Shown piece after piece: positions 9,936 through 19,291 of a DNA stretch of 64,000 bases. The notes under the pieces were generated by a model. The model was not told the DNA's origin and did no database searches. It was given only the letters and a program-made list of their open reading frames with translations. Each line of letters begins with the position of its first letter. Positions within the stretch are counted from its first letter, which is position 1. A program made the translations under genes and the position numbers. The stretch covers positions 2,048,001 to 2,112,000 of the forward strand of contig OY969695.1 of assembly GCA_963701965.1 (NCBI GenBank), given 5' to 3'. This DNA comes from an uncultured Gemmatimonadales bacterium (GTDB taxonomy: Bacteria > Gemmatimonadota > Gemmatimonadetes > Gemmatimonadales > Gemmatimonadaceae).

Positions 9936-11759
9936 ATGATGATGAGACTGGCGCGCGTGGGACCGACCGTGCTGGTCGGGGTGGTGACGGTGCTGGCCTG
10001 CGCCGCTGCCTCGCCGCACGTCCGCTGGCTCATGGCGGCCGCCGGTGCCGTCGCGGTCGGGCTCTCGGCGCTCTCCGTGGCAACGTCGGCCGGCGTCGCC
10101 GCATCGGCGCGCCTGGCGCTCATGGCCGAGCAGCGCTTCCTCCGGCAGATCATCGACATCGACCCGAACTTCCTCTTCGCCAAGGATCGGCGGGGCCGCT
10201 TCACGCTGGTCAACCAGGCGGTAGCCGCGGCGTACGGGACGTCGATCGAAAACCTGATCGGCAAGAGCGACGCGGACTTCAACGCGAACGCGGACGAAGT
10301 CGAATTCTTTCGGCGCATCGATCGCCAAGTGCTGGAGTCGGGGCGCCCGCTGATGATTCCGGAAGAACGGATCACGGATGCCTCCGGCAACGTCCGATGG
10401 TTGCAGACCGTCAAATGTCCCATCTTCGGCGAGGACGGACGCGTCGAGCAGGTGCTGGGCGTCTCGACCGACGTCACGGAACGCAAGCGCATCGAGGTCG
10501 CCTTACGCGCCGAGGGGGTCCGCGTGCGGGCGATGCAGCGGGTGACGGCCGGTCTCTCGGCGGCCGCCACGGCGAAGGACGTCGCACGCATTGTCACGAC
10601 GGAGGGGTCGCACGTCGTGGGCGCGCAAGCGGGGTCGGTCGGGGTGCTGGCCGCGGATGGCGCGTCATTCGAGCTGCTCGCCATGACGGGCGTCGCGGAC
10701 GAACTGCACCAGCAATGGCGCCGCTTCCCGAATCGGCGCGGCTTGCCGTTCCCGGAGGTGGTCGCCTCGGGCGACCCGATCTTCATTACGACGCGGGCCG
10801 AGTACGTCGCGCGCTTTCCGACGCTGGCCCAGACGCTGGAGGCCAATCCTTCGCTCAGCGCCGCGGCGATCCTGCCCCTTATGGTAGAAGGACGCGCGCT
10901 GGGCGGCCTGGGGTTCGATTTCACGGCGCCGCGGAATTTCGACGATGGCGACGTGGCGCTGCTGACGACGTTGGCGCGCCAATGCGCGCAGGCGCTCGAG
11001 CGCGCCCGGTTGTTCGAGGCCGAACGCACGGCGCGCAACGACGCCGAGCGCGTGCGGCAGCGCGCCGACGAGGCCAATCAGGCCAAGTCGGCGTTCCTGG
11101 CGACCATGAGCCACGAGCTGCGGACGCCGCTCAACGCCATCGCGGGATACGTCGAATTGCTGGAGATGGGGATTCGCGGCCCGGTGACGGACACTCAACG
11201 CGAAGATCTCGGCCGCATCCGCCGCGCCGGGGAGTACCTGCTCGGCTTGATCAATGACGTGCTCAACTTTGTCCAGCTGGAGAGCGCCGGCGTGCGCTAC
11301 GCGCTGCGCGACGTCCCGGTGGATCGGGCGTTGCGCGAGGCGGCATCGCTCATCGAACCGCAGGCCCGCCGGAAAGGCGTCGTCTTCTCCCGCGAGCCCT
11401 GCGATCCGGTGCTGACGGTCCGCGCCGACCCGGACAAGGTGCAGCAGGTGATCCTCAACCTGTTGTCCAATGCCGTGAAGTTCACGCCCGAGGGCGGGCA
11501 TACGACGCTCCGGTGCCGCGTGCACGACGGTCTCGTCGACATGATCGTGCAGGACACGGGGCGGGGCATTCCCCACGACAAGCTCGATCAAATCTTCGAG
11601 CCGTTCGTGCAGGTGGGCCGCGAGCTGCGCAATCCCTCGACAGGCGTGGGACTGGGATTGGCGATCAGCCGGGAGCTGGCGCGCGGGATGGGCGGAGAAT
11701 TGACGGCCGCGAGCGAGCTGGGGTCGGGATCGACCTTCACTTTCACGCTTCCCGCCTGA
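9936..11759 (+). CDS. Sensor histidine kinase (TM-PAS-GAF-HisKA-HATPase)
   Basis: FAKDRRGRF PAS, GAF ending QCAQALERARLFE, MSHELRTPLN, N/G boxes. Confidence 0.92.
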   Translation: MMMRLARVGPTVLVGVVTVLACAAASPHVRWLMAAAGAVAVGLSALSVATSAGVAASARLALMAEQRFLRQIIDIDPNFLFAKDRRGRFTLVNQAVAAAYGTSIENLIGKSDADFNANADEVEFFRRIDRQVLESGRPLMIPEERITDASGNVRWLQTVKCPIFGEDGRVEQVLGVSTDVTERKRIEVALRAEGVRVRAMQRVTAGLSAAATAKDVARIVTTEGSHVVGAQAGSVGVLAADGASFELLAMTGVADELHQQWRRFPNRRGLPFPEVVASGDPIFITTRAEYVARFPTLAQTLEANPSLSAAAILPLMVEGRALGGLGFDFTAPRNFDDGDVALLTTLARQCAQALERARLFEAERTARNDAERVRQRADEANQAKSAFLATMSHELRTPLNAIAGYVELLEMGIRGPVTDTQREDLGRIRRAGEYLLGLINDVLNFVQLESAGVRYALRDVPVDRALREAASLIEPQARRKGVVFSREPCDPVLTVRADPDKVQQVILNLLSNAVKFTPEGGHTTLRCRVHDGLVDMIVQDTGRGIPHDKLDQIFEPFVQVGRELRNPSTGVGLGLAISRELARGMGGELTAASELGSGSTFTFTLPA

Positions 11760-11863
11760 TTCCATCGCAGAACGCCTGTCAATTTCGCGTTTTGCCTGTA
11801 GAGCGCTTCCCACACAAACAACTGCTTGCGTTGGGACATACTGACTTAGCAAACCGAGCTGGG

Positions 11864-11879
11864 CGGCGTGCCGCTTGCC
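11864..11879 (+). promoter_or_regulatory. Candidate sigma54 (-24/-12) promoter
   Basis: cGGcgtgccgcttGC: GG 11865-66, N10, TTGC ending 11878, about 30 nt before ATG 11911. Confidence 0.5.
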
Positions 11880-11910
11880 TTGATACCGGCCAACCTCGGT
11901 CAGGACTACT

Positions 11911-12522
11911 ATGCGCTTCTTCCAATCGTACAAAACCGCGACAGTGAGCCTCGTAATCGCCGGCGCCGGCCTAGTGGCTTGCAGCGGCGAGACTGGTGAA
12001 CCCCTGGCTCCTGCGACGCCGGCCGCCCAAGCGGCGCCGGTGACCACGCTCTCCAACCCTCAGACGCAGAAGGCCCAGGACCTCAGTGGTCTCCTCGGCC
12101 TCCTGGGGATCGGGAGCAAGCCCGATCTCTTCGTCTGTACGAACAACGGCGGCCCGTACAAGGGCTCCGCGACCATCGGCTTGCTCGGTGGCACGGTGCA
12201 CTTCGGCCCCCACACGTTGGCGGTGCCGCCGTTGGCGGTGCTCAAGCCGACGTTGATCACGGCGACGACCGTCGCCGGCGACACGCTGGCGGCGTCGTTC
12301 ACGCCGGCCGGTACCAAGTTCCTGGTGCCGCCGACGCTGACGCTCGACTACTCGCATTGCGCGAACAAGCCCCAGGGCTCGCTCGGCATCGACTTCCTGG
12401 ACGACCTGCTGACGCAGATCCTGGAGCTCTTGCCGGCGATCGACAACGGCGGCGGTCAGGTACACGCCCCGATCTGGCACTTCTCGGTCTACGCGGCGTC
12501 GGAGACGCGCCGCGCGCGGTAA
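11911..12522 (+). CDS. Lipoprotein with ZU5-like domain ending in HFS motif
   Basis: Lipobox LVAC; IG..GGT...G.HTLAVPP.A, F.PAG..F..P.TLTL.Y, IWHFSVYA match ZU5 pattern by eye. Confidence 0.65.
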   Translation: MRFFQSYKTATVSLVIAGAGLVACSGETGEPLAPATPAAQAAPVTTLSNPQTQKAQDLSGLLGLLGIGSKPDLFVCTNNGGPYKGSATIGLLGGTVHFGPHTLAVPPLAVLKPTLITATTVAGDTLAASFTPAGTKFLVPPTLTLDYSHCANKPQGSLGIDFLDDLLTQILELLPAIDNGGGQVHAPIWHFSVYAASETRRAR

Positions 12523-12523
12523 G

Positions 12524-14101
12524 ATGACCGAAGCGACGGTCGAAACCGCGCCCAGTCGGGCGCGGCAGCTCCTCGCCGTCGCGAGGGAACGAGAGCGCGC
12601 GGGACGATTGGACGCGGCGGTCGAGGATTATATCTCGGCCGCCGCGAGCGCTGGGACGGATCTCGCGGACGTGGAGGCGCGGTGCGAAGCCCTGCGCCGC
12701 CACGCGTCGATTCGGCGACGCCGCCAGGAGTTCGGGGCCGCGATCGCGTTGTGCGAGGAGAGCTATCACACGGCGATGGCCGCGCATCTCGACCTCATGG
12801 CCTCGCACGCGCTGAACGGTCTCGGCTTCGCGCATTTGGAGCGGGCCGACCTGACGGCCGCGGCCGACGCGTTCGAGCGGGCGCTGACGCTGGGCGGCCA
12901 CGATCCGACGGCCCGGGCGCACATCGAGGGGAATCTCGGCGTCGTCGCCAACGTGCGCGGCGATTTCGCGACGGCCCTCAGTCGCTACAAGCGGTCGCTG
13001 GCGGCGTTCGAGGCGGTGGGCGACGATCGGGGCCGCGCGGTGACGAACCACAACCTGGGCATGATCAGCGCCGACCTCAAGGACTGGGCGACGGCCGACC
13101 TGTACTACGCCGCGAGCCTCGCGCTGGCGGAGTCGATCGGGGACCGGCAGCTGCGCACCTCGGTGCTGCTCAACCGGTGCGAGATCCACTTGGGGCGCCA
13201 GCGGTACGAGGACGCCAGAGCGGGCGCCGAGGAGGTCCTGAACATCCTCGACGAGCTGGGCATCCGCCAAGGTCGATCGGAGGCCTACAAGTTCCTCGGC
13301 ATGATGTACCGCGAGACGGGCGCGCCGGCGTTGGCCGAGTCGCGCCTACGCTCGGCCATCAAACTGGCATCCGATGTCGGCGTCGGTCTGGAAGAAGCCG
13401 AAGCGACGCGCGAGTTGGCCGTCTTGTACCAGCAGCTCAATCGCAACCAGGATGCGCTGACGCTGCTCAACACCGCCCACCGGCTGTTCCACCGGCTGGG
13501 CGCCAAGGCCGACCTACAGGACGTCACCACCAAGGTCTCCGACCTCGAGCGGATCTATCTCGACCTCGTGGCCTCGTGGGGCCGCTCGATCGACTCGGCG
13601 GACGCGTACACCCACGGCCACTGCGAGCGCGTGGCGTCGTACGCGACGGCGGTCGCCGTGGAGCTGGGGCTCAACGAAGCGACGGTAACGGCGGTGCGCG
13701 TCGGCGCCTACCTCCACGACGTCGGCAAGGTCAAAGTCCCCCACGAGATCCTGAACAAGCCCGGCAAGCTCACCGAAGCCGAGTTCGAGATCATGCAGCA
13801 GCACACCGTCTATGGCGTGGAGCTGCTGGCGTCGGTCGAGTTTCCGTGGCAGGTCAAGCCGATCATCCGGTCCCACCACGAAAAGCTCGACGGCACCGGG
13901 TATCCCGATCGCCTGAAGGGCGACGAGGTGCCGCTGACCGCGCAGATCATCGGCATCGTCAATGCCTACGACGCGATGACCACGACGCGCAGCTACCGCG
14001 CGGCGCGCTCCGGGGCCGAGGCGATCGCCGAGATCAAGCGGTGCGCCCACTGGTGGCGCCCCAATGTCGTCGCCGCTTTTCTCGCTACCGCGCCGCGATG
14101 A
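12524..14101 (+). CDS. TPR-repeat HD-GYP cyclic-dinucleotide phosphodiesterase
   Basis: Repeated N(G/N)LG TPR helices; YTHGHCERVA, LHDVGK, HHEKLDGTGYP. Confidence 0.9.
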   Translation: MTEATVETAPSRARQLLAVARERERAGRLDAAVEDYISAAASAGTDLADVEARCEALRRHASIRRRRQEFGAAIALCEESYHTAMAAHLDLMASHALNGLGFAHLERADLTAAADAFERALTLGGHDPTARAHIEGNLGVVANVRGDFATALSRYKRSLAAFEAVGDDRGRAVTNHNLGMISADLKDWATADLYYAASLALAESIGDRQLRTSVLLNRCEIHLGRQRYEDARAGAEEVLNILDELGIRQGRSEAYKFLGMMYRETGAPALAESRLRSAIKLASDVGVGLEEAEATRELAVLYQQLNRNQDALTLLNTAHRLFHRLGAKADLQDVTTKVSDLERIYLDLVASWGRSIDSADAYTHGHCERVASYATAVAVELGLNEATVTAVRVGAYLHDVGKVKVPHEILNKPGKLTEAEFEIMQQHTVYGVELLASVEFPWQVKPIIRSHHEKLDGTGYPDRLKGDEVPLTAQIIGIVNAYDAMTTTRSYRAARSGAEAIAEIKRCAHWWRPNVVAAFLATAPR

Positions 14102-14435
14102 GGGCGATCTCGACCTTGTAGATCGGTTTGGCGAGCTTCGCTTCGACCGTCGCCCGGGCGGGCGTATGTCCGGCGATCACCCACGCGTCCCACACCCGGT
14201 TCATTTCGTCATACGAGGCGGCGATGTCCGCCAGCCAGATGTTGGCCGAGAGGGCCTTGGACTTGTCGGATCCCGCTTCCGCCAGCAGGGCATCGATCGA
14301 GGCCAGGATTTGCCGCGTCTGTCCGGCCACATCCGCCGACGTGTCGGTGGCCACCTGACCCGCGATGAAGATGGTGTCGCCATGAATGACCGCTTGGCTC
14401 AAGCGCGGTCCGGTATTCAGTCGTTTGATCGTCAT
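14085..14435 (-). CDS. RidA/YjgF family protein (YoaB-like)
   Basis: AGQVA, QTRQILASID, MNRVWDAW, PARATV, VEI. Confidence 0.92.
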   Translation of the reverse strand: MTIKRLNTGPRLSQAVIHGDTIFIAGQVATDTSADVAGQTRQILASIDALLAEAGSDKSKALSANIWLADIAASYDEMNRVWDAWVIAGHTPARATVEAKLAKPIYKVEIALIAAR

Positions 14436-14445
14436 GGCCTGGAGG

Positions 14446-14871
14446 CTAGCGGCCTGTGACGATTCGCTCCAGTCGGGCCCGATAGGTGCGGCTCACGCGC
14501 AGCCGGGTGCCGTCGCGGAGGATCGCGTATGCGTCGCCGTGATAAAAGGGCTGGATCTCGGCGATACGGGCAATGTTCACGACGGTGGAGCGGTGCAGGC
14601 GGGCGAAAAGCGTGGGGTCCAATCGCCGTTCGATGCCGGCGAGCGGCTCGCGCACGCGGTGGCCGGCGGCGCCGACGTGCAGGATGATCGTGTCATCGTC
14701 GGCCTCGATCCAGTCGATGGTCCGCTGATCGAAGACCCGCATCCGGTCGCCGACCTTGACCCCTAGTCTCGGGGGAGCCGCCGATCCCCGGTCCTGCCCG
14801 GCGCGGGCCCGGGCCCGCTCCACGGCCTCGATGACGCGCGACGGACGGAGGGGTTTGAGGAGGTAGTCCAT
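14446..14871 (-). pseudogene. LytTR response regulator remnant lacking most of the receiver domain
   Basis: Begins at MDYLLKP (end of REC); IDWIEA, FARLHRSTVVN, VSRTY LytTR domain. Confidence 0.7.
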
Positions 14872-15539
14872 GGCGTCTCGATGACGACGTCGGTGCCGCG
14901 CCGGCCCGCGGCGACATGGTCAGGGTGCCGCCGTCGCCGTACAGGCAGGCGAGCCGGCGCCGCGTGATGTCGAGCCCCGTGCCGAGCCCGTGCGTCGGCC
15001 CCACGATGCCGGCGCCATCGTCGCTGACGCGCATCCGGAGGGCGTCACCCGTGCGCGCGATGGTGACGGACACCTGGCCGCCGTCGACGCGCGGGGCGAT
15101 GCCGTGACGGATCGCGTTGTCGACGACGGGTTGCAGAATGAATCGCGGCACCAGGGCTGCCGCGGCGTCGGGCTCCACCGTGCAGGAGATCTGCAAGCGG
15201 TCCGAAAACCGGATGCGCTCGATGGCCAGGTACTCCTCGATGAACCGCATCTCTTCCCCGGCTGGCACCTCGTGGGAGGCGCCGGGCGCCAGCAACTGGC
15301 GCAACAGGCCGCCGAGTCCGTGCAGGACATCCATGGCCTCGGCATTGCGCTTGGTCATGACCAGCGCGCTGATGGTGTTCAGCGTGTTGTACAGGAAATG
15401 CGGTTGCAGCTGTGCCTGGAGGGCGCGCAGGTGGGCGTCGGCCAACTGCTCGCGATGGGTGTGCCGATCGCCGGCCCACACGGCCAGCTGGCCGAGCGCT
15501 ACAATGAGGAAGTACACGAGCAACGCGGTGTGGAACCAT
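14868..15539 (-). pseudogene. LytS-type histidine kinase remnant (N-terminal deletion, frameshift near 14900)
   Basis: AQLQPHFLYNTLN, IRFSDRL, ILQPVVDNAIRHG; ATG 15539 is out of frame; tail GTDVVIETPW in a shifted frame. Confidence 0.7.
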
Positions 15540-15583
15540 GGCGCCGAAGATATCGGCGCGCGCCCCCGGACCCGCGCGCCGAC

Positions 15584-15612
15584 CGGTGAACGGGTATCGG
15601 CGCGCGGTGAAC
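15584..15612 (-). promoter_or_regulatory. Direct repeat GTTCACCG x2 with 21-bp period, candidate LytTR site
   Basis: CGGTGAAC on + strand at 15584 and 15605, upstream of TATCTT -10 (15547-52). Confidence 0.55.
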
Positions 15613-15650
15613 CGGAGCGGTGGTGCTACTACGAGTCTAGGATCAGCCGC

Positions 15651-15917
15651 TTACGAGCAGCTGCCGCTCACCATCGCCATCTTCGTGGCGTCGAGCGACG
15701 AATCCTTGACATCGCCCGTCAGCGTGACTGTGTGCCCCACGTGGCCGGCGAGCTTCAGCGTCTTCGACGTGACCTTGTACGTCTTCCCGTCCTTCGACGC
15801 CAGGGTGTAGGTGCCGTCCGTGGAGCCTTTTTGGAGGCACCCGGTAATCGCGCTGTCCGCCACGGACATCGTGGACGCCGAGAAGGCCATCAAGATGGCC
15901 GGAATCAAGGGAACCAT
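15651..15917 (-). CDS. Small secreted OB-fold-like protein (DUF5818-like, tentative)
   Basis: Signal peptide, ITGCLQKG..L.GHVGHTVTLTG..C; AGGAG SD before ATG 15917. Confidence 0.7.
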   Translation of the reverse strand: MVPLIPAILMAFSASTMSVADSAITGCLQKGSTDGTYTLASKDGKTYKVTSKTLKLAGHVGHTVTLTGDVKDSSLDATKMAMVSGSCS

Positions 15918-16072
15918 TGTGACGCTCCTGTAGATTTGTCTGACGAGTAATAAGAGCAACGCAGAGGCTGGCGGTCAACTCGGCCGGCGCAGACGGATAT
16001 TCAGCGTCGCGACAGTCTCATGCGTACTGCATGTATCGGTAAGGCATCCTGGGATAAACTGGTGGTCGCGCG

Positions 16073-19000
16073 ATGTGGATAGTTCGACTCGCGCTCCGGC
16101 GGCCGTATACGTTCGTCGTCGGGGCGTTGTTGGTGATCATTTTCGGGATCGTCGCCATCCGGCGCACGCCGGCCGACGTGTTTCCCGAAATCAACATTCC
16201 GGTAATCAACGTCGTCTGGGTCTATGCGGGCATGAGCCCGAAAGACATGGAACAGCGTATCGTCGGCCCATCCGAGCGATTCGCGACGACGGTGGTGAAT
16301 GACATCGAGCACATCGAGTCCAACTCGTTGTTTGGCGAAGGCGTCATTCGAATCTACTTCCATCCTGGCGTCAACATTGGGGCGGCCAACGCCCAGGTCA
16401 CGGCGTTCTGCCAGACGGCGCTCCGCGGGTATCCGGTGGGGACCACGCCCCCGCTCATCATTCAGTTCAACGCGACGAACGTTCCGATCCTGCAGCTCGG
16501 CATCCATAGCGACGTGCTCTCCGAGCAGCAGATCAACGACTATTCGTCGAACTTTCTGCGTATCGGTCTGGCCACAGTCCAGGGCTCCCAGCTGCCAGGC
16601 CTCTACGGCGGCAAGCCCCGGCAGATCATGGTCGATCTCGATCCCCAGGCGTTGCTGGCCAAGGGGATCAGCCCGAGCGATGTCAGCTTGGCGGTCAACG
16701 CCCAGAACGTCATACTGCCCGCCGGCACGGTGAAGCTGGGCACGACCGAATACCAGGTCGGCCTCAACAGCACACCCGACGTTCTGGAAGAGCTCAACGA
16801 CCTGCCGATTCGCCAGGTGAACGGCGCCATGGTGTACGTGCGCGACGTCGCGCACGTCCACGATGGCAACGCGATCCAGACGAACATCGTCCGCGAAAAC
16901 GGCAACCGCGGCGCGCTCCAGAGCATTCTCAAGGCCGAAGGCAACTCGACGCTGGACATCGTGCGCCGCGTGAAAGAGGCGCTGCCCGCCGTGCAGGCGA
17001 CGTTGCCGCCCTCGATGAAGATCCGGTTCGTGATCGACCAGTCGGTCTTCGTGCAGGCCGCGCTGGACGGCGTGCTGCGCGAGGCGGCGATCGCCGCCTG
17101 CCTCACGGCGCTCATGATCCTGCTCTTCCTGGGTTCCTGGCGCAGCACCGTGATCGTGGCGACCTCGATCCCACTCTCGATCCTGTGCTCCATCATCACG
17201 ATGGCGGCCCTGGGTCAGACGTTGAACGTCATGACCATGGGCGGCCTGGCGCTGGCGGTGGGCATACTCGTCGACGACGCGACGGTGGAAATCGAGAACA
17301 TCCATCGCAACTTGGGCCAACGAAAAGAGCTGACGCAGGCGATCCTGGACGGGGCGTCGCAGATCGCCGTCCCCGCGTTCGTCTCCACGCTGGCCATCTG
17401 CATCGTGTTCGTGCCGGTGTTCTTTCTCGGTGGTGTCGCCGGCGCATTGTTCGCCCCGCTGGCCATGGCCGTGATCTTCGCCATGCTCGCGTCGTACCTC
17501 CTGTCGCGGACCATCGTGCCGACCATGGTGCAGTTTCTCCTCAAGCAGGAGAGCGCCATGTACCAGCACGGCGAGCACGCCGAAGGCGGCTCTGGTCCGG
17601 TGTGGCGCGTCTATCATGCCTTCAACGGCGTGTTCGAGCGGGTCCGCGACGTCTACCATGGGGCACTGGAGCGCGCGCTGCATCACCGGAAGGTGGTCGT
17701 GTTCAGCGCGGTCGCCTTCTGCGCCGTGAGCGCGTGCTTGCTGCCGTTCATCGGCCAGGACTTCTTCCCGAGAGTGGACGCGGGACAGATCCGCCTGCAT
17801 GTGCGCGCGCCTGCGGGCACGCGCATCGAGGAAACCGAGCAATTCGTGGCCAGCGTGGACCGGACGGTCCGGCAGATCATTCCGCCGCGCGAGCTGAGCG
17901 GCATTCTCGACAACATCGGCCTGCCCTACAGCCAGATCAATCTCTCGACGAGCGACACGCCCACCATCAGCGCGGCCGACGCCGAGGTCATGATCTCGCT
18001 CGTGCCGGACCACCATACATCCACCTGGGACTACATCAAGACCATCCGGCGCCGCCTCCACGCCGAATATCCGCAGGGGACGTTCTCCTTCGGCTCGGCC
18101 GACATTGTGAGCCAGATTCTCAACTTCGGTCTGCCCTCACCCATCGACATCCAGGTTGTCGGCAAGAATCCGGCGAACTACGACATCGCGCTCGGTCTCG
18201 TGCGGAAGATTCGGGACGTCCCGGGAGCCGTGGATGTCCGCCTGCAGCAAGTCGTCGCGGCGCCCGAGCTCAAGTTCAATGTGAATCGCTCGCGGGCGAC
18301 CCAGCTCGGCCTCACGCAAAACAACGTCGCGACCAGCCTGCTGACGTCCCTCTCGTCCAGCGTACAAGCCGCGCCGAACTTCTGGCTCAGCCCGCAAACG
18401 GGCATCCCCTATAGCCTCGTGGTGCAGACGCCGCCCACGCGCTTCGAGACGCTCGACGACATCAGGAGCACCCCCCTCGGCGCCCTGCCCGCCTCGTCGA
18501 ACAACCGCTTCGTGGACGACCCGTCCCTGTCGGTGCCCACCGCCAGCGGGAACCCACCGCTCGTCCTGGGCAACGTGGCCTCCATGCATCGGACGACGAT
18601 TCCGATGGAGATCAGCCACTACAACGTGCAGAACGTCTTCGACGTGTTCGCGGCCGCCCAGGACCGCGACCTCGGTGGCGTGGCGGCCGACATTGATCGG
18701 ATCGTGGCCGCGTCGCGCCAATCGCTCCCGCGTGGCACGCAGCTCATCGTGCGCGGTCAAGTGCGCAACATGCGCGAGTCGTTCATCGGGCTGGGCTCCG
18801 GCCTCGCCTTCGCCATCCTCCTCGTGTACTTGTTAATGGTCGTCAACTTTCAATCGTGGTCGGATCCCCTGATCATCATCATGGCGTTGCCCGGCGCGCT
18901 CGCCGGCATCGTATGGGCCCTCTTCGCCACCAACACCACGTTCAGCGTGCCGTCGCTCATGGGCGCTATCATGGCCATGGGCGTGGCGACCGCGAATAGC

Positions 19001-19291
19001 ATTCTGGTCGTGACCTTCGCCAACGAACGCATGCACGCCGGCCGCACCGCCATCCAAGCGGCGGCGGACGCGGGCTTCACCCGACTCCGGCCGGTGATGA
19101 TGACGGCGCTGGCCATGATCATCGGCATGCTGCCGATGGCGCTCGGCCTGGGTGAAGGCGGAGAGCAGAATGCGCCGCTGGGCCGCGCGGTCATCGGCGG
19201 ACTGGTCATCGCCACGCTTTTCACCCTGGGGTTCGTTCCCGTCGTCTACAGCTGGGTCCGCGGACGCTACGAGGCCGAGGTCGCGCAATGA
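16073..19291 (+). CDS. RND efflux permease (AcrB family)
   Basis: 1072 aa; ALRRP, VGILVDDATVEIENI, RLRPVMMT, APLGRAVIGGL. Confidence 0.95.
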   Translation: MWIVRLALRRPYTFVVGALLVIIFGIVAIRRTPADVFPEINIPVINVVWVYAGMSPKDMEQRIVGPSERFATTVVNDIEHIESNSLFGEGVIRIYFHPGVNIGAANAQVTAFCQTALRGYPVGTTPPLIIQFNATNVPILQLGIHSDVLSEQQINDYSSNFLRIGLATVQGSQLPGLYGGKPRQIMVDLDPQALLAKGISPSDVSLAVNAQNVILPAGTVKLGTTEYQVGLNSTPDVLEELNDLPIRQVNGAMVYVRDVAHVHDGNAIQTNIVRENGNRGALQSILKAEGNSTLDIVRRVKEALPAVQATLPPSMKIRFVIDQSVFVQAALDGVLREAAIAACLTALMILLFLGSWRSTVIVATSIPLSILCSIITMAALGQTLNVMTMGGLALAVGILVDDATVEIENIHRNLGQRKELTQAILDGASQIAVPAFVSTLAICIVFVPVFFLGGVAGALFAPLAMAVIFAMLASYLLSRTIVPTMVQFLLKQESAMYQHGEHAEGGSGPVWRVYHAFNGVFERVRDVYHGALERALHHRKVVVFSAVAFCAVSACLLPFIGQDFFPRVDAGQIRLHVRAPAGTRIEETEQFVASVDRTVRQIIPPRELSGILDNIGLPYSQINLSTSDTPTISAADAEVMISLVPDHHTSTWDYIKTIRRRLHAEYPQGTFSFGSADIVSQILNFGLPSPIDIQVVGKNPANYDIALGLVRKIRDVPGAVDVRLQQVVAAPELKFNVNRSRATQLGLTQNNVATSLLTSLSSSVQAAPNFWLSPQTGIPYSLVVQTPPTRFETLDDIRSTPLGALPASSNNRFVDDPSLSVPTASGNPPLVLGNVASMHRTTIPMEISHYNVQNVFDVFAAAQDRDLGGVAADIDRIVAASRQSLPRGTQLIVRGQVRNMRESFIGLGSGLAFAILLVYLLMVVNFQSWSDPLIIIMALPGALAGIVWALFATNTTFSVPSLMGAIMAMGVATANSILVVTFANERMHAGRTAIQAAADAGFTRLRPVMMTALAMIIGMLPMALGLGEGGEQNAPLGRAVIGGLVIATLFTLGFVPVVYSWVRGRYEAEVAQ

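Noticed and set aside
15545..15625. RFTARRYPF on the minus strand as a remnant of the LytS membrane region
   Set aside because: Better explained as promoter DNA (21-bp repeats plus -10 box)
16019..16033. CATGC-N5-GCATG palindrome before the RND operon
   Set aside because: Only 5-bp arms and no regulator nearby; could be chance
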